Positions 25,464-38,151 of a stretch of DNA of 64,000 nt are shown piece after piece (the stretch's first letter is position 1; each line of letters starts with the position of its first letter). This DNA is from Paraspadella gotoi (lineage: Eukaryota; Animalia; Chaetognatha), in the NCBI GenBank assembly GCA_051294375.1, contig CM119268.1, positions 2,081,574-2,145,573 on the forward strand. Direction: 5' to 3'. A program made the position numbers and the translations under genes. A model generated the notes under the pieces. The model did no database searches. It saw only the letters and a list, made by a program, of their open reading frames with translations, and had not been told where the DNA came from.

Positions 25464-26384
25464 CAGAACATAACCAATTAACCATGTGCCCAGGCTGAAA
25501 TCGTCCATGGTGCGAAATATCGATAATGATTTTATTGTTTTAAGGTAAAAAATTCTCTCTAGTTTCGCAAATATTTAAATTTTATTAAAATAATTTAAAA
25601 ATGTATTTAAATACTGCAAGTAAAAGTTACTGGAGATTTTTAGGTACTTGAGCACACACACCAGTTTTTGTAAATCTTTTTTCTATAACTCAAAAGAAAA
25701 AATAATTTTGAAATTCTGTTATCAAAATTCATTTGCATATTTTGTGCTATTCCTGGATGCAAAAATAATAAATAGTGGGTCGGAAATATTGCTATTTTTC
25801 TGTAGATAATGACTAATGAGAATGTATCGTTAAAGCTCTATACATGTATGTACAATTTTACATTTTTAGGGTAATAAAGGCTCTCAACATAACGCTACTA
25901 AGCATTTTTTGTTACTTTCCGTCAGATGCTTTTTTTTTTAACCCTATTGACCTTGTAGGAGGTTGACACTCATAGAGACGATACATGAGGTCTCCTAGTT
26001 GCATAATGCATATATAAACTATAGCTGAGAGATAGTATCAAAAATGTAAAGTGAAAAGTACCAAAAGTAGGCGTCATCTTGCTCATCGTCTTACCGGAAA
26101 AACCCTTCAAATACCTAAATGTTTTGTTCGTTGGAACTTGATACAGGCAAATTGTTATTTTCGAGAGCTTGTTTATATATTTACTTTTTAGTCTTTTTAA
26201 TAGTTTTCTTATTTAATAACATTGTTGCTTTTGGATTTCTTGGAGGAACCCGACGGCTGGGACAGTTAGCTTTTTAAACATATTCGCGTTTGCTATAATT
26301 TACTTACCAATTTTTTTTGTCGCAAATCGAACTAATCTATATCCTCCAGATATTTAGTCCAAGTATAAACTTAACTTGTTAGTG

Positions 26385-27524
26385 ATGAACGGCAATGACC
26401 AAGAAACGATAGTAAAAGACGAAACCATCTCATTAAATGTGGGCGGTAAATTAGTCTTCGTTAGCCGAACTACCCTCACCAAAGTCAAAGGCTCCTTGCT
26501 CGAAAGGTCCAAAGTCATATTTTTATTTGCCTCCAATTCCTTGTGTTGAATTATAAAGCTGAAGTAAATCCCACGCAGGATGTTCGATCCTTCTTCCCCA
26601 CTGCCGCCTTCTCGGCTCGTAGATGGCGCCTTTTTCCTCGACGAGGATCCCGACGTCTTCCGCGCCATCTTGACCTGGCTTCGTCATGGCGTGCTCGAGA
26701 CAAGGAATTTGACCGAGGATCACCTCAGGGCCGCCGCCAGTTGAGTTTCCATTTCGTTAGGCAATGGAATGTTTCTTACCGAGCTGATAATGAGGTAACA
26801 AATATTAAGACTAGTTCTATCATAGGGTAAGCTAAAGCGAATGGAGCGGTGAAACCTTAATGTTTTTAAGTTATAACTGCAAACTGGAAATAATGAGCGA
26901 GGAATGCGTATTATTTTCTGCGGCCGCAGCTACTACGGGCTCGACATGTTGTCCGAACTCCTTCAATCTCGAGTCCGCGACGAAGAGGAGCGGCGTCGTT
27001 TGGCCGACGAGCATCGCGCCTCTCTCCTAGAATCTCTCCGCCTTCTTCGAGAATCCATTGAGGAAACCAGGCGCCAACTCAAGGGCGCCATCGACGCCGT
27101 CTTCCACAACATCCGGGACCTTCCGAATTTTATCGTGCCGGAGTTGTTGGAATTTCAAGTGGCCATGGCGCTGAGCTCGCTCAAGGGCGGAACCCTGACG
27201 CAAATCTGCCGGCAAATTTGCCTCGAACAATTAACCAGGTAAATGTTTACTTGCCATTATGACTTTGCTGTACGTTCGCTTTTTTTGATGCTCAGTAAAG
27301 GTTTATTGATGTTAATAAGTAATTTGATTTTAACATTTTCTCAATACTTTTCAATTACGTACTTCTTTGACAGTGAATCCCACGTGGCCCCTGCGGACAT
27401 TTGTCATATTGTGATGTTCGCGTTGAAAAAGATGCGGCAGTCGAAAGGCCCTTTGCGAGTGGAGGAGGACGCGCGAGGGATTTGGGAGTTGGTGGCGCTG
27501 AAGGACAAACGCTCCTGGCCATGA
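26385..27524 (+). CDS. KCTD-type BTB/POZ (T1) domain protein with coiled coil and winged-helix-like C-terminus
   Basis: ISLNVGGKLVFVSRTTLTKVKGSLLER|MFD...DGAFFLDEDPDVFRAILTWLRHG...AAA|SYYGLDML is a classic KCTD BTB. The second intron's donor is irregular. Confidence 0.85.
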
Positions 27525-27901
27525 AGCAAGCGGCTTGGCTCCAAGTCAACAGTGTTCTGCTTGATACGCTTGATCTAGTCTTTTAGACATTTGAAAAATT
27601 CCGAATAGCCAACCATAGTCATCTACTAAACGATTGATAGTTTTTGTAGTCGCTAGTCAGCTTGTCGATATCGTACTTATAGAACGTCCAATATTTTTAG
27701 TATAGAAAGTAGACGGCCTATTGTGATTAACGTTCACAAATGCCTTGAGAAATAAAAATAGAAATTTTAAGCTATTCAAAGCACGATAATATAAAAATTA
27801 GTAAAATCGGCGCTTGTGATCGAAATCATATATACATAATAACTTAATGCTTTATAATGCTAAAAATGCTGAGCTAAAATTAATAAAGGGTTCGCCGAAA
27901 C

Positions 27902-29628
27902 ATGCCGCGGAGATCCTTATTACAAATGGTGACCTTGACTCTAGCTTTAACCGCTGCAATCAATCGAGTTTGGGGACCGGATCGAACCAAGGTCTTCGTA
28001 TTGTCGGGGGAAGACTCCGGCTACAGTCTTCGCGATATCCTCGTCGAAAGAGAACGAGCGATGCTGGAGTCCTCGAAAGAGACAGCATTGGAGACGACGA
28101 CCCCCGTCCTGCAGGGTTCGATTTATCCGGCGCGGAGGCGACGGAAGGTACGGAATTAGATGAAAGGAAGAAATGGTAATAAATAAACAGAGCAGTTAGT
28201 TATCAGTAACAGTGACGTTTTATCGGTTAAATCCCGAATATCTTGATGTTTTTCTATTCCCCTTTTACATCGTTTTGGCATAAATGGCGGACAATTGGCC
28301 TGTGAACCGGAGCTGCCCTACTTTCGTAATTTGCTCACCAACGAGACTTACCGAGCTCCTTGTTGCAACACCTGCGCTTTGGTTTCGGCCTCGGGCCAGC
28401 TGCTTAACTCGAGTAAGTTAATAACTTCTCTTTAAACTCCTTTTGAAAATTGACATTTTTCATCGACGCAGGCGCGGGTTCGATCATCGACGCTCACGAT
28501 TGCGTCATTCGTCACAACGATTCTCCCGTGGAGGGTTTCGAGACGGACGTCGGAAATAGAACCACCATTAGGTTTATATCCTTCGTCGCCGCCAGGCGGA
28601 TTCTCAAGAAGAAATATGTCAAGGTGGGTCCTTATACTTCTTAAGCCCAATTGAATAAATGGACATTGAGCGAAGTTCTTCTGTCAGTCTTTTCTTTGTG
28701 ACTCAGATATTCACTCGTCAAAAGGATCTGCGTGCGGTGATCCTCACCAACCCGGAAGAATTCTCCAGCGGCAAATCGGCGGTGACTCGGCTGGCGACTT
28801 ATTTCGTGGGAGATCAGGCGAGTCAGCTTTGCGGTTATTCAGGCTAAGGAGCTTTGATCTTATGCCCTTCCCTCCCAGCCCTTGCATCGTATCAACGCCT
28901 CCGTCTACGTGACAACGAAAGAGGCGTTCTCACGCATCAACGCCGAGTTCAGGTCGTTGACCCGCCGCTCGCCCGCCACCGTCACCACGGGATATCGCGC
29001 CCTCTACTTCGCGCGTCGAATGTGCGGCAGCGTCACCCTCTTTGGCTTTATCGATTCTTCGTGGTGTCGGAAGGGGGCAAATTTTAATTTCAGAGTGAGC
29101 CCCAAATGACGAAAGTTTTATTATTGGTTTTGTTGTAAATAATCTAAGATTAAGCTATATATTAAATTATAGGTTCCGTACCATTACTACCTTTTAAAAA
29201 GATGGGATCGACGATTCCTAGAATGCGACGTCATTCACAAACTGAAAAAGACCAACAAATGGTACCATCATGATTATCTTGGTATGCGTAGCAAGAGCAA
29301 TTAGCTAATTCCTTCTTTTTTAATTATTCTTGTCTCATAAAACAGTAAATATATCCTGAAACTTAAAAGGTTGAAGTTTAACTTAAACTTCGGCGCTTCG
29401 CATTTTGACGGGTACAATTACAAAGCACCCTAAATTAAAAACAAAAGGCAGCGGTGGAAAAGTTTTCTTTAAATAATTTCAATGGTGTTATTGAAGTGCT
29501 TGCGATGTATAGGAAAGAACTTTTTTCTTTTATTCTTATTTTCAGTGGAAAAAGGCGTTTTCAAGCTTTGGTCACTTCTTGGCAATCCCCCGATTTATTT
29601 CAAAAATCCGGAATGGAAGTTGTTTTGA
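27902..29628 (+). CDS. GT29 sialyltransferase, ST6GalNAc III-VI-like
   Basis: N-terminal hydrophobic anchor; sialylmotif L CALVSASGQLLNSSAGSIIDAHDCVIRHNDSPVEGFETDVGNRTT; motif S TTGYRALYFARRMCGSVTLFGF; motif III VPYHYY; VS HDYLVEK; ends ...IYFKNPEWKLF*. Confidence 0.9.
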
Positions 29629-29781
29629 CAAAGAAGCTTTTATTCGTTCACTTTATTCTTCTCGAATTCGTACCCATACTAGTCTTAGTATGACCTCTTT
29701 TAATCTTTTTATATTTCCGATTTTAATCCTTGCTTTTAACATTTTAGATAATATCACTTTCCTTGTAACGCTGAAAAAAAA

Positions 29782-32083
29782 ATGCGTTCTCATCGTTTTA
29801 AATCCACCAAGTCCGCCTCCTTATCCGCTTCATCGCATAGAGGTCACGGCGACGGGAGCGAGAAGCCGCCTCCCCCTCCGACGAACGGCGCCAGCGATCG
29901 AAAGTCGGCGCCGCCTGTGCTCAACGGCGAAACGGCGCCCTTGTGCGTTGAAGAAGATAGAATAGAAAAAGGAGCAGGCGGCGATTCGCTTAACTTTAGC
30001 GAAGACGAACTTTTCACGATCCTGAAGAAAGAAACGGAAGCTACATCAATACCGACAGAATCAAGGACTGGCTCGTCGTCGCCTACCGAAGTGGTCATTA
30101 ACGCGTCACCGGCAGAAACCGAAAACCTCAAACCTCCCGAGGAATCGCGCGAAGAGCCAGAGGATGGGTCCATACCGACTAACGCGTCACCTTCCAGTTT
30201 GTCTTGTGCGTCGGCGGGAGCAGAGGCGACTGCAGCAGCGGCGGCAGAATCCATTCATTCGTCCCCGAGAGAATCGTGTTTGTCCATCTCTTTTCCTAAC
30301 GATTCTCTCCCGGCCGCCGATTTATCTTGCTCTCCAATCTCGGAGGCGGCAGATTTATGCAGGACGACCGTATCGTCGCCTGAACTTTGCAAAGACTCCA
30401 GCGCGCCACCCGAACCGAGTCTCCCCATCGCGACCGTCGCTCACTCTGCCAAATCGCCTTCTGACGATCCCCCGCCTACAACGGCCCCGCAAGATTCTCT
30501 CCCGCCCCCCGTGGTGGTCGACCAACTCGAGGCTCCTCCCATCGATATTTTGCCGAGCAAATCGCCCACGCCTCCTTCCCCTCGTCCGGCTTTTCCGGTT
30601 CCGGACGAAGTCACCGTCGAGGAAATGACTTCGCGCGATTTTTACCTCGACTCCTCCGCCCATTTTTCCTTCCACGAAGAGTCGCTCAAGGATCTCTTCA
30701 AATCCTCCATCTTTTACGAAGCCATTTTTGCAAACAAGGAGGTGATCCCTTGGTTTCGTAATTCGATCTCGATCTCATTTTTATTTTTCTCCCCCCCCCC
30801 ATCTCATAAAAGATGTTTCGCGGAAAAGTGGTTCTCAACGTCCGCGCGGGCACGGGCCTCCTCAGCATGTGGGCGGCCATTGCGGGGGCCAGCATCGTCG
30901 TCGCCGTCGACAATTCGAACGTCATTGACTACGTGAGTTTTCGTCGGGAAGCGAATCGGTTTCTTATACGCATATTAATTTCCCTATTTTTTTTTTCCTC
31001 CAGACGAAAAAAATATTCGAGAAAAACTTCGAGGGTCGGAACGACGTCGTTTTGTTCGCCGTCAAAGGAAACATTCGCGAGATACAATTACCCTACGATC
31101 TTCATCAAGTGGACATTATTATTTCCGAATGGATGGGGTAGGGTGCTGAAAAGGTTTTACAGTTAAATCCTGATCGATTTTAGACGATTATTGTTAATAA
31201 ATTATAGTATTTGTCGTTGTTTCAGTACTTGCCTCTTTGTTTTTCGTTGTTTCAGTACTTGCCTCTTCTACGATACCGTAATCGGCGACGTCATCTTCGC
31301 CCGTGACAAGTGGCTCAGACGAGGGGGCCTCATCCTTCCCGACCGCGCCAATCTTTACGTCGTCGCCGTTCAGAACAGCGAGTATTTGAGAAGTCTGGAA
31401 TGGTGGGATCACGGTGAGAGAAAATAGATTTTTTTTTCTCGGAAACGTAAGCGCGTACCGTTGACCGTTTTTGCACGATTTTGCAGTTTATGGTTTCGAC
31501 ATGTCATACGTAAAGTCTTGGGTCATGCAAGAACCCATCGTTTGCGAAGTGAAAGAGGCCAATTTAGTATCGAACCCATGTCTAATTCGAGGTAATTGGC
31601 GTGGAGTTTTGACTTTTAAATCAATTGTTGTTAAATTTACTCGTTTATTGATCCAGAAATTGATTTGTACAAGTTAAAGAGTCTTAAATCTATTTCATTT
31701 GAAACCTATTACGTGGTAAACGTCAACAAAAAGGATAATTGCAACGGACTCGTACTTTATTTCAACGTCGACTTCACCAAATTAAAAAAAAGGGTGGGTC
31801 TTTACTCTTTAGTTTGAAATTCTTGAAATCAAGTTTTAGGATTAAACAAAATCCCATCTCTTGGCAGGTGAGTTTTTCCACGCATCCAAAATCTGAATTA
31901 AAGTCGTGGAAGCAAACGATGCTGCTGTTGAACGAGACTCTATGCGTGTCGCCCGGGGACATCATCGAAGGTATGTTCCGTCTCGACATCCAGGGACGAA
32001 AGAGAATCGCCCTCGATTTCGGCTTGCATTTGCAAGGCGCCGTAATGAAACGCGTAGAGAAAGCCAATTTCGTTTTGCAGTGA
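29782..32083 (+). CDS. PRMT1-like protein arginine methyltransferase with long disordered N-terminus and degenerate active site
   Basis: EEMTSRDFYLDSSAHFSFHEESLKD, FRGKVVLNVRAGTGLLSM, VDIIISEWMG|TCLFYD, ARDKWL..GGLILPDRA, VYGFDMS, SWKQT; all exons join in frame. Confidence 0.9.
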
Positions 32084-32560
32084 CTCGGTTTTAGCATTTT
32101 AGTTTAACGGAAAGCTCGATCAACTATATAGTTTTTATGATCTTTCTATAAAGGTTTCAAAATCATACATCGTATCGAGGGCACCTTGTCAAAATTTTGT
32201 GACAAAAGATACCCGCTATCTGTCTCGAATAATGTCTTTAAAATTTGTGTATTTTTCATTTTTTGTCGAATTTAGGATTAGCTTTTTATAAGTTATTTGT
32301 TTGCATGTTGACTCGTGTTTCTAATATGAGTGAATTAGATTAATTCAGCTTCTTTTTAGAAATTATAGGACACTGCTAGACGCAGAGAAGATCGTCTGGC
32401 TAATTTGTTGCAAGACTTTTTGACAGTCATGAATCTAAGGGAAAAAAGAAAAAGAAAAGCTTGAGGACAACCGTTACATGTTTTTTTGAAGTTTGAAAAT
32501 TGAAAAAAACATAAAAAGTTGGGTGGATGTTTTGGACTTCGGGATGGAATTTTTCCTACC

Positions 32561-33497
32561 ATGATTCACTTGCCGCTTATTAAGGTAACCCATCAATTCA
32601 ATAAAAAATTATTTGTATTGACTTCTGATAAAACTTATCTAGTTGTTTGGATTGTTTGTGAAACAATTGTCGAAGCCCGTAGCCACTTCTCTAAAAGCGC
32701 GCGTGAAATCTAGTCCGTACTTCCGTGATCGTGTTTGCAGTCCAATCGGCCACACCGTACATCATCTTCAGGTTTTTCGTTGTCATCAGGACGGGAATCT
32801 AAGCGTACAGAAAAGAAAAAAAAATCAGTGTTCACTCATTTGTTAAAAAAAAAAAAAACCAGGAATCCCTTGCCCGTTCCGCTGTTCCGCCCAAAAAACG
32901 CCAACCTATACGAAAAATCAGCGACGAAGAAGCCGTAATGACAGGCGCCGAATTTCTGGGAGAAGCCACGATCTACTTCATCGCAGTTTTGGTCATGATC
33001 ATGGAGGGAGTGAGGCAAGATTGTCCAGGATTAATTTGCTTGTAACACTTTGACATATACTTTCCTTCATACCATTTTCCATAGGCACCGATTTATTATA
33101 ATGCTTATTGTTTCTCTCTCTCCAAGAAATATCTTTACTTGATTGGTTGCTGAATAAACTTGTAACAAATAATTTATCTTGAATGTAATATATTATGATT
33201 GATAATAAAGCTGAGCAGTAGGCCCATGAAGTCGCTGTCAGAGTTAAGGATAAGTCAGGCTTAAGATAAATTAAAGAGCTAAGATAAAATATCTGAAAAA
33301 TCAGGTCTACTAAAAGATCGGCTGAGAGAGAAGAGTCGAGCATGGAATGGAGCCGCATTAAAGACGAGCATTACGCAATGCGCGAGGAGATTAAGACTTT
33401 GACCGCCGTCAATCAGAGCCTCGAAAGTGACTTGAAACACTTGAAAAGAGTCGTTTCTTCCTCCACTCCTACTTGTAAATTTTCTCATAAATATTAG
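32561..33497 (+). CDS. OPA3: OPA3-like mitochondrial protein
   Basis: MIHLPLIK|LFGLFVKQLSKPVATSLKARVKSSPYFRDRVC...ISDEEAVMTGAEFLGEATIYFIA, followed by a coiled-coil last exon. Confidence 0.9.
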
Positions 33498-33657
33498 TTT
33501 TTTAATTTTTTAGGATATCTTTTTTTTTTTCAGATTGCATTTACAATTTACATGTCTAGATTATTAAACGATAAACAATGGACTAACCTTGTATTTCCGT
33601 CGAATAAATTTCTAAAAATTAACTTCGTAGTTCCTCTAACGCCCCCATAAAATCAGC

Positions 33658-36600
33658 ATGGTGCAAGATCTCACCTGTCGACGTCAGCTGGAGAAGCTTC
33701 GACGGTCGGTCTCCGTGATGGAGATCCGTTTATCTCTGCTGGAGTCTCGTTTTTCTCGCGACTGCTCTGTCGCGGGCCTCCAGTCCACCGGCATTCCCGA
33801 CTGTCTCGTCGTGGAGGAAGTGGGCGCGGACGACGCGTCCCCGACTCCCGCGTCGAATGGCATCAAAAGAGCCACGAAAAGAAAAGCCGGTAAACCTGTG
33901 GATGCGGCCGTAGGCGTCGTCCAGCTGTCAGATCACGATTATCTCCCGCGCGAGCTCGACGCGAAGCGGCGTTCGCTCGGACAAAAATCCCGCGCGAAAA
34001 CTTCAATGGCTCCTTCGTTCGTCGCGGCATCATCGATCAATGCTACCGTCATTTCCGTATCAGCTCCTGGCTTTGCGGCTTCCACGGCTGCTACTCTCGC
34101 ACCCATGGCCGCTGCTAACATTTCTCCGTGTGAAATTGGTGGTCATACAGTCCAGTCTTCCTTCGCTTCTCCTTTGCTCTTATCAGGTTCGCCAATGATT
34201 GCTAAATCTGGCGAGGCTGCTTTTTCCGCACCACCACACGCCTCGGCTGAATCGAGCGTTTCAATTCTACAAGCTTCCGTCTCGCAAGCCACGCCCCTAA
34301 AAGACGCGGGGCATGTTTTAAATTTCGGTCAATCAATGACCCAGAGACCCTTGCCGTCATCCTTTCCTAAGAGACGAGAAGGCGCCCGGCGTACCAAGTC
34401 TGACACTCGCGTCCAAGCGCAAGCTCTCGTCTCCGTCGGGAGAAAGTCGCGCTCCAGCGAGTCGGTGATCGAACCTGAAGACGTTGGCGAAGACTTTTGC
34501 GGCGACGATGTTTTCTTGGCCAATTTCGTCGAACCTTCTGGTACGAAGACGGCCGTCGAAGCAACTGATGACGGCGACCAAGAAAAGTTTCATTTTATGC
34601 ACGCCTTGGGCCTGGTCGCCTTGCCTTCCTCGACGCTCCTAGAGTCCATAGCGCCATACCATCCGAAGAAGCGTCGCTCCCAACGGCTCCAGCGACAAGA
34701 GATCGACGAAGTGAGAAGGAGGATGAAGCTTCGCGACCCGGACTTGTTTTCTCCTGAAAGGCGAAACGGCCGGTCCGTGTCCGACGAAGACGCGCCTATC
34801 CGCGAGGGAGAAAAGGGAACGACGCCGGCTCGGCCGCCGGAAAAGCCTCACGCCGAACGGCGGCGCTCTTCAGGCTCTAGCAACAACTGCCCCGTTGAGA
34901 CAAGCATCAAGAGGTGCTCCATCAAATTGGATCGCATGATCTCTAAATCGGGCGATGATGCTCCTGAATCTGAAGGCGCCCAGTGTCGACGCGACGAAGA
35001 ACCGCTCGTTGATGCTGGAGCCGCGGAAACGACGGCCCCGACGACGGGGGTGTCCGCCGAATCCGCAGGTTCTATGGAAACTTCTAAAATAGATATAGAA
35101 CCCGCCGTCGATGTTTCACCTCTTTCCGAAAAGATCGTTACGCTAGATTTCGGATGGAAGCAACCAGATCCACGAATGGAAAAAGATCACAACTCCATGT
35201 CGTCTGAAACAGAGAGCGATTTCGAAAGCTTGATGTCCTGCGAACATCTCTCGATCCCACGTCGGAAAACTGCCAAGACCGTGAGGGCGAAGAAGAGACC
35301 TTCGACCAATCAGGAAGACCCCTCCAACACCTTGCCACCTCGCGAAGAGACGTTCGAGAAAACAAAGAAGAAAATTAGCAAGAAGAAAAGTTGGCCACGG
35401 CCCGACGCCGGTGAGCGAGAAGCGGGTAACGAAGCAGGAGCGAAAAAGGCGGAAGGAAAATCCAAGAAGGAGAAGAAATTGTTGAAGAAAATCTTGAAGC
35501 GAAATAAGAACAAGGTCCAGACGGAAGCTCGAAAAGAAAAAGGAAAAGGCAAGAAATCGATCGCGATCGCTGAGGAGGAAAAGGAGGTAAAGCCTGCCGA
35601 CAAGGGCAACATGGTCAAGGTTAAAGGGTGCAAGGGACATTCGAAAATGAGGCTGAAACAAATTGACGACGATGGACCCGCTGGGGATGGAACTTTGCTC
35701 TCTGAAAAATCAACGGTTTCAGTCTGGGATTCGCGATCGAGCTTCGCCCGTGTAGGTCCGATCGCCGAGGAAAGCCGCGGGACTGCATTGCCGTCCCTGG
35801 CGCCGCCGTCTGCGCGAAAAAAAATTGATCAAGTGTTTGCGGTTAAAAACGTTATTCAGTCTTTCACGTCCAACAATAGACGAAATCTGAATCCGATTTC
35901 GAGATGTTCCGTTCCTCCGATGGTCAACCCCACTAAAATGTCGGACAGTCCTAATTTCGCCGACGGATATTCTAGACTTATAAATAGGTCGAAGCGAAAA
36001 CCTAGGTTATTTTTAATTAGATATTAATAATTATTTGATTTTAAAAATTAATAAATTCATGGAATTTATAAAATATAATATAATATATAATAGTAAAGTT
36101 TGTGTAAATTTTGTTAAAATTTATATACTTTATATTATTATCATAGCTTATCCAAAGTAATTTAAAAAATATAAAAATGATTTATTCAATAAATAAATAA
36201 TTTTTTATTTATATTTTGAATTTTATTATTATATGTAAATCATTTATTTTATTTTATTATTTTTATTTTTTAATCGATTATTCGCTCTGGCCTACTGATA
36301 TAAACCCAGCTTGCAAAATCTCCGCGAGTCAGTCACGCAATCGCCTATCGACGAATCGCCGAGGGAGAGTGCGACCGACATCGCCAAAGTCTACGCCAGC
36401 ATCCTTCCCCTCACCAACAACATCAGAAAGTTCGAGACTCTAGCTCCCTGCTCCAGAAACGGTTCTTTCCGAGACACGGCGCGCTCAGATGCCGCGGGGG
36501 CGCTAGGTTCGTCCGATAGGATCACTCCTTGTACAAAGTACGACACTCCATCCGCTGATGAAACGAAAGATCGGCTGATTGGTGGGGATGAAAAGACCAA

Positions 36601-38151
36601 GTCTGATGAAATACTGGGCGAACCAGCGGAGAAACCTCCCTCTATACCCGGCCAAAAAACTCGCTTTAACATCAAGCCGAAACATGATCGGGTTATAACT
36701 GCACGAGATTCGATTCCGGCTTCGATTGATAAGACTTCGGAAGCAAAAACACATGTGGAAGACAGAGCTTCTCATGTAAAACCGAAGGAAATTCTTATTC
36801 GCCCTAACAAATCGAGGAAGATTAGCGTCGACAATGCGGACCCGAATGAATGCGAAATTATCGCGTTTACCAAGAAAGCCTCTCTCAAGCCAGTCGTCAA
36901 TCGTAGTCATTTCAACGCGATTGCCCAGCAGAACGCGCATTCCGTCTCGAGGACGGATCATGAGATCGTCCAACCCTCGCTGGACGTCCCTGTCGAAGAT
37001 CGACCCAAATCTATCCCGACGACCCTCAAAGACTGGGTTTATGGACGCGGTCAGGGCCACGAGCCCATCGTCGATTCGGAAGAGAGCGGAGCAAATCATC
37101 GGAAGATTAACTCCCAATTAATAAAGACACATCCTACTTCCACCGTCTCCGTCGTGTCGAGAGATGTCCTTCCCCGCCCCGTCGAAGAACGTCGCAGGAA
37201 ATCTTCGACGCGGAGTTGCGTCCCTGCCTCATTGAAAAAGAAGCAAGAGCCCAGAATTTCCCCCCCGCCGCCTCCTCCTCCCGCGCCCCTCCAGGCACGG
37301 GCCAAAGTCGACCGGAGGCGAAGTTTTCCCGCAAACGTCAAAAGCGCCGATGCGGGTAGCCGTTGGCCGACGGGGGAAAAGACTAGTTCGAGGAAAAGAG
37401 AAAAGGGAAATTCTGGAAATCAAGTGAACATCGACCTGACCGTCCCACGTCCGCCTTCCCCGCCTCCGCCGCCGCCCTCTCCGCCTCCTCCACCCCCTCC
37501 ACCCCCGCCGCCACCTCCAACGTCCGCGACCAAGGATTGCTCCTTCGAAAGGGCGGAGAAAATTGTTTGCGGTTCCTCACGCTTGGACGCGGTAAAGAGC
37601 GTCATTACGGGTTCTCGTCGCCGGGATAGCGGCGGCGTCGGTGCCTGCAGCAGTAGCGGCAGTAGCAGCAGGGAATTCTCGTCGGCAGAATCGACGAAAG
37701 GGTTTCGAGGGAGTTTTTCGCCAAAGTGGCGATTCACCTCTTCAGGTTGGTCTCATTGAATCATCGAACTATATCGATTCTACAAGTACATAGTATTTTT
37801 TTGTAAATTTACCTTTCGTTGAACGCATAACTTTTAATTTTTTTATTTTTTTATTATTTTTTAGAAACTTTATTCTTTTCGATATTTATATCCTCAGCCA
37901 ACCGTCGTCGCTACTCCTCCGACTCTGTGCAAAGCCCTCAAGTTACGACTTCCCACGATTCTCGCGACGATCGCCCCACAGACAACCGGCCCGCTTGGCG
38001 TCCAGACTCATTCGGTTGCCAGTTTTGCTTCAAATTCTACGACGACGCGGCCTCCTTGAAGCTGCACCTCGAGAAGCGGCATTGCGGCAAGAAGGCCAGA
38101 ACCATCGAGGATAGTCGCGCCATGTTCGCTTTTCTCAATCGGAACTTGTAA
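33658..38151 (+). CDS. Large (~1300+ aa) mostly disordered nuclear-type protein with one C-terminal C2H2 zinc finger
   Basis: Long ORFs 33658-36027 and 36311-37759 with splice sites. Last exon FGCQFCFKFYDDAASLKLHLEKRH; N-terminal coiled coil, DHDY motif, Lys-rich NLS-like tracts, poly-Pro. Confidence 0.7.

Noticed and set aside
31735-31795. Apparent frameshift in the PRMT gene suggested by the ORF track
   Set aside because: Recounting shows the exon reads KKDNCNGLVLYFNVDFTKLKKR in frame; the shift comes from the next intron.
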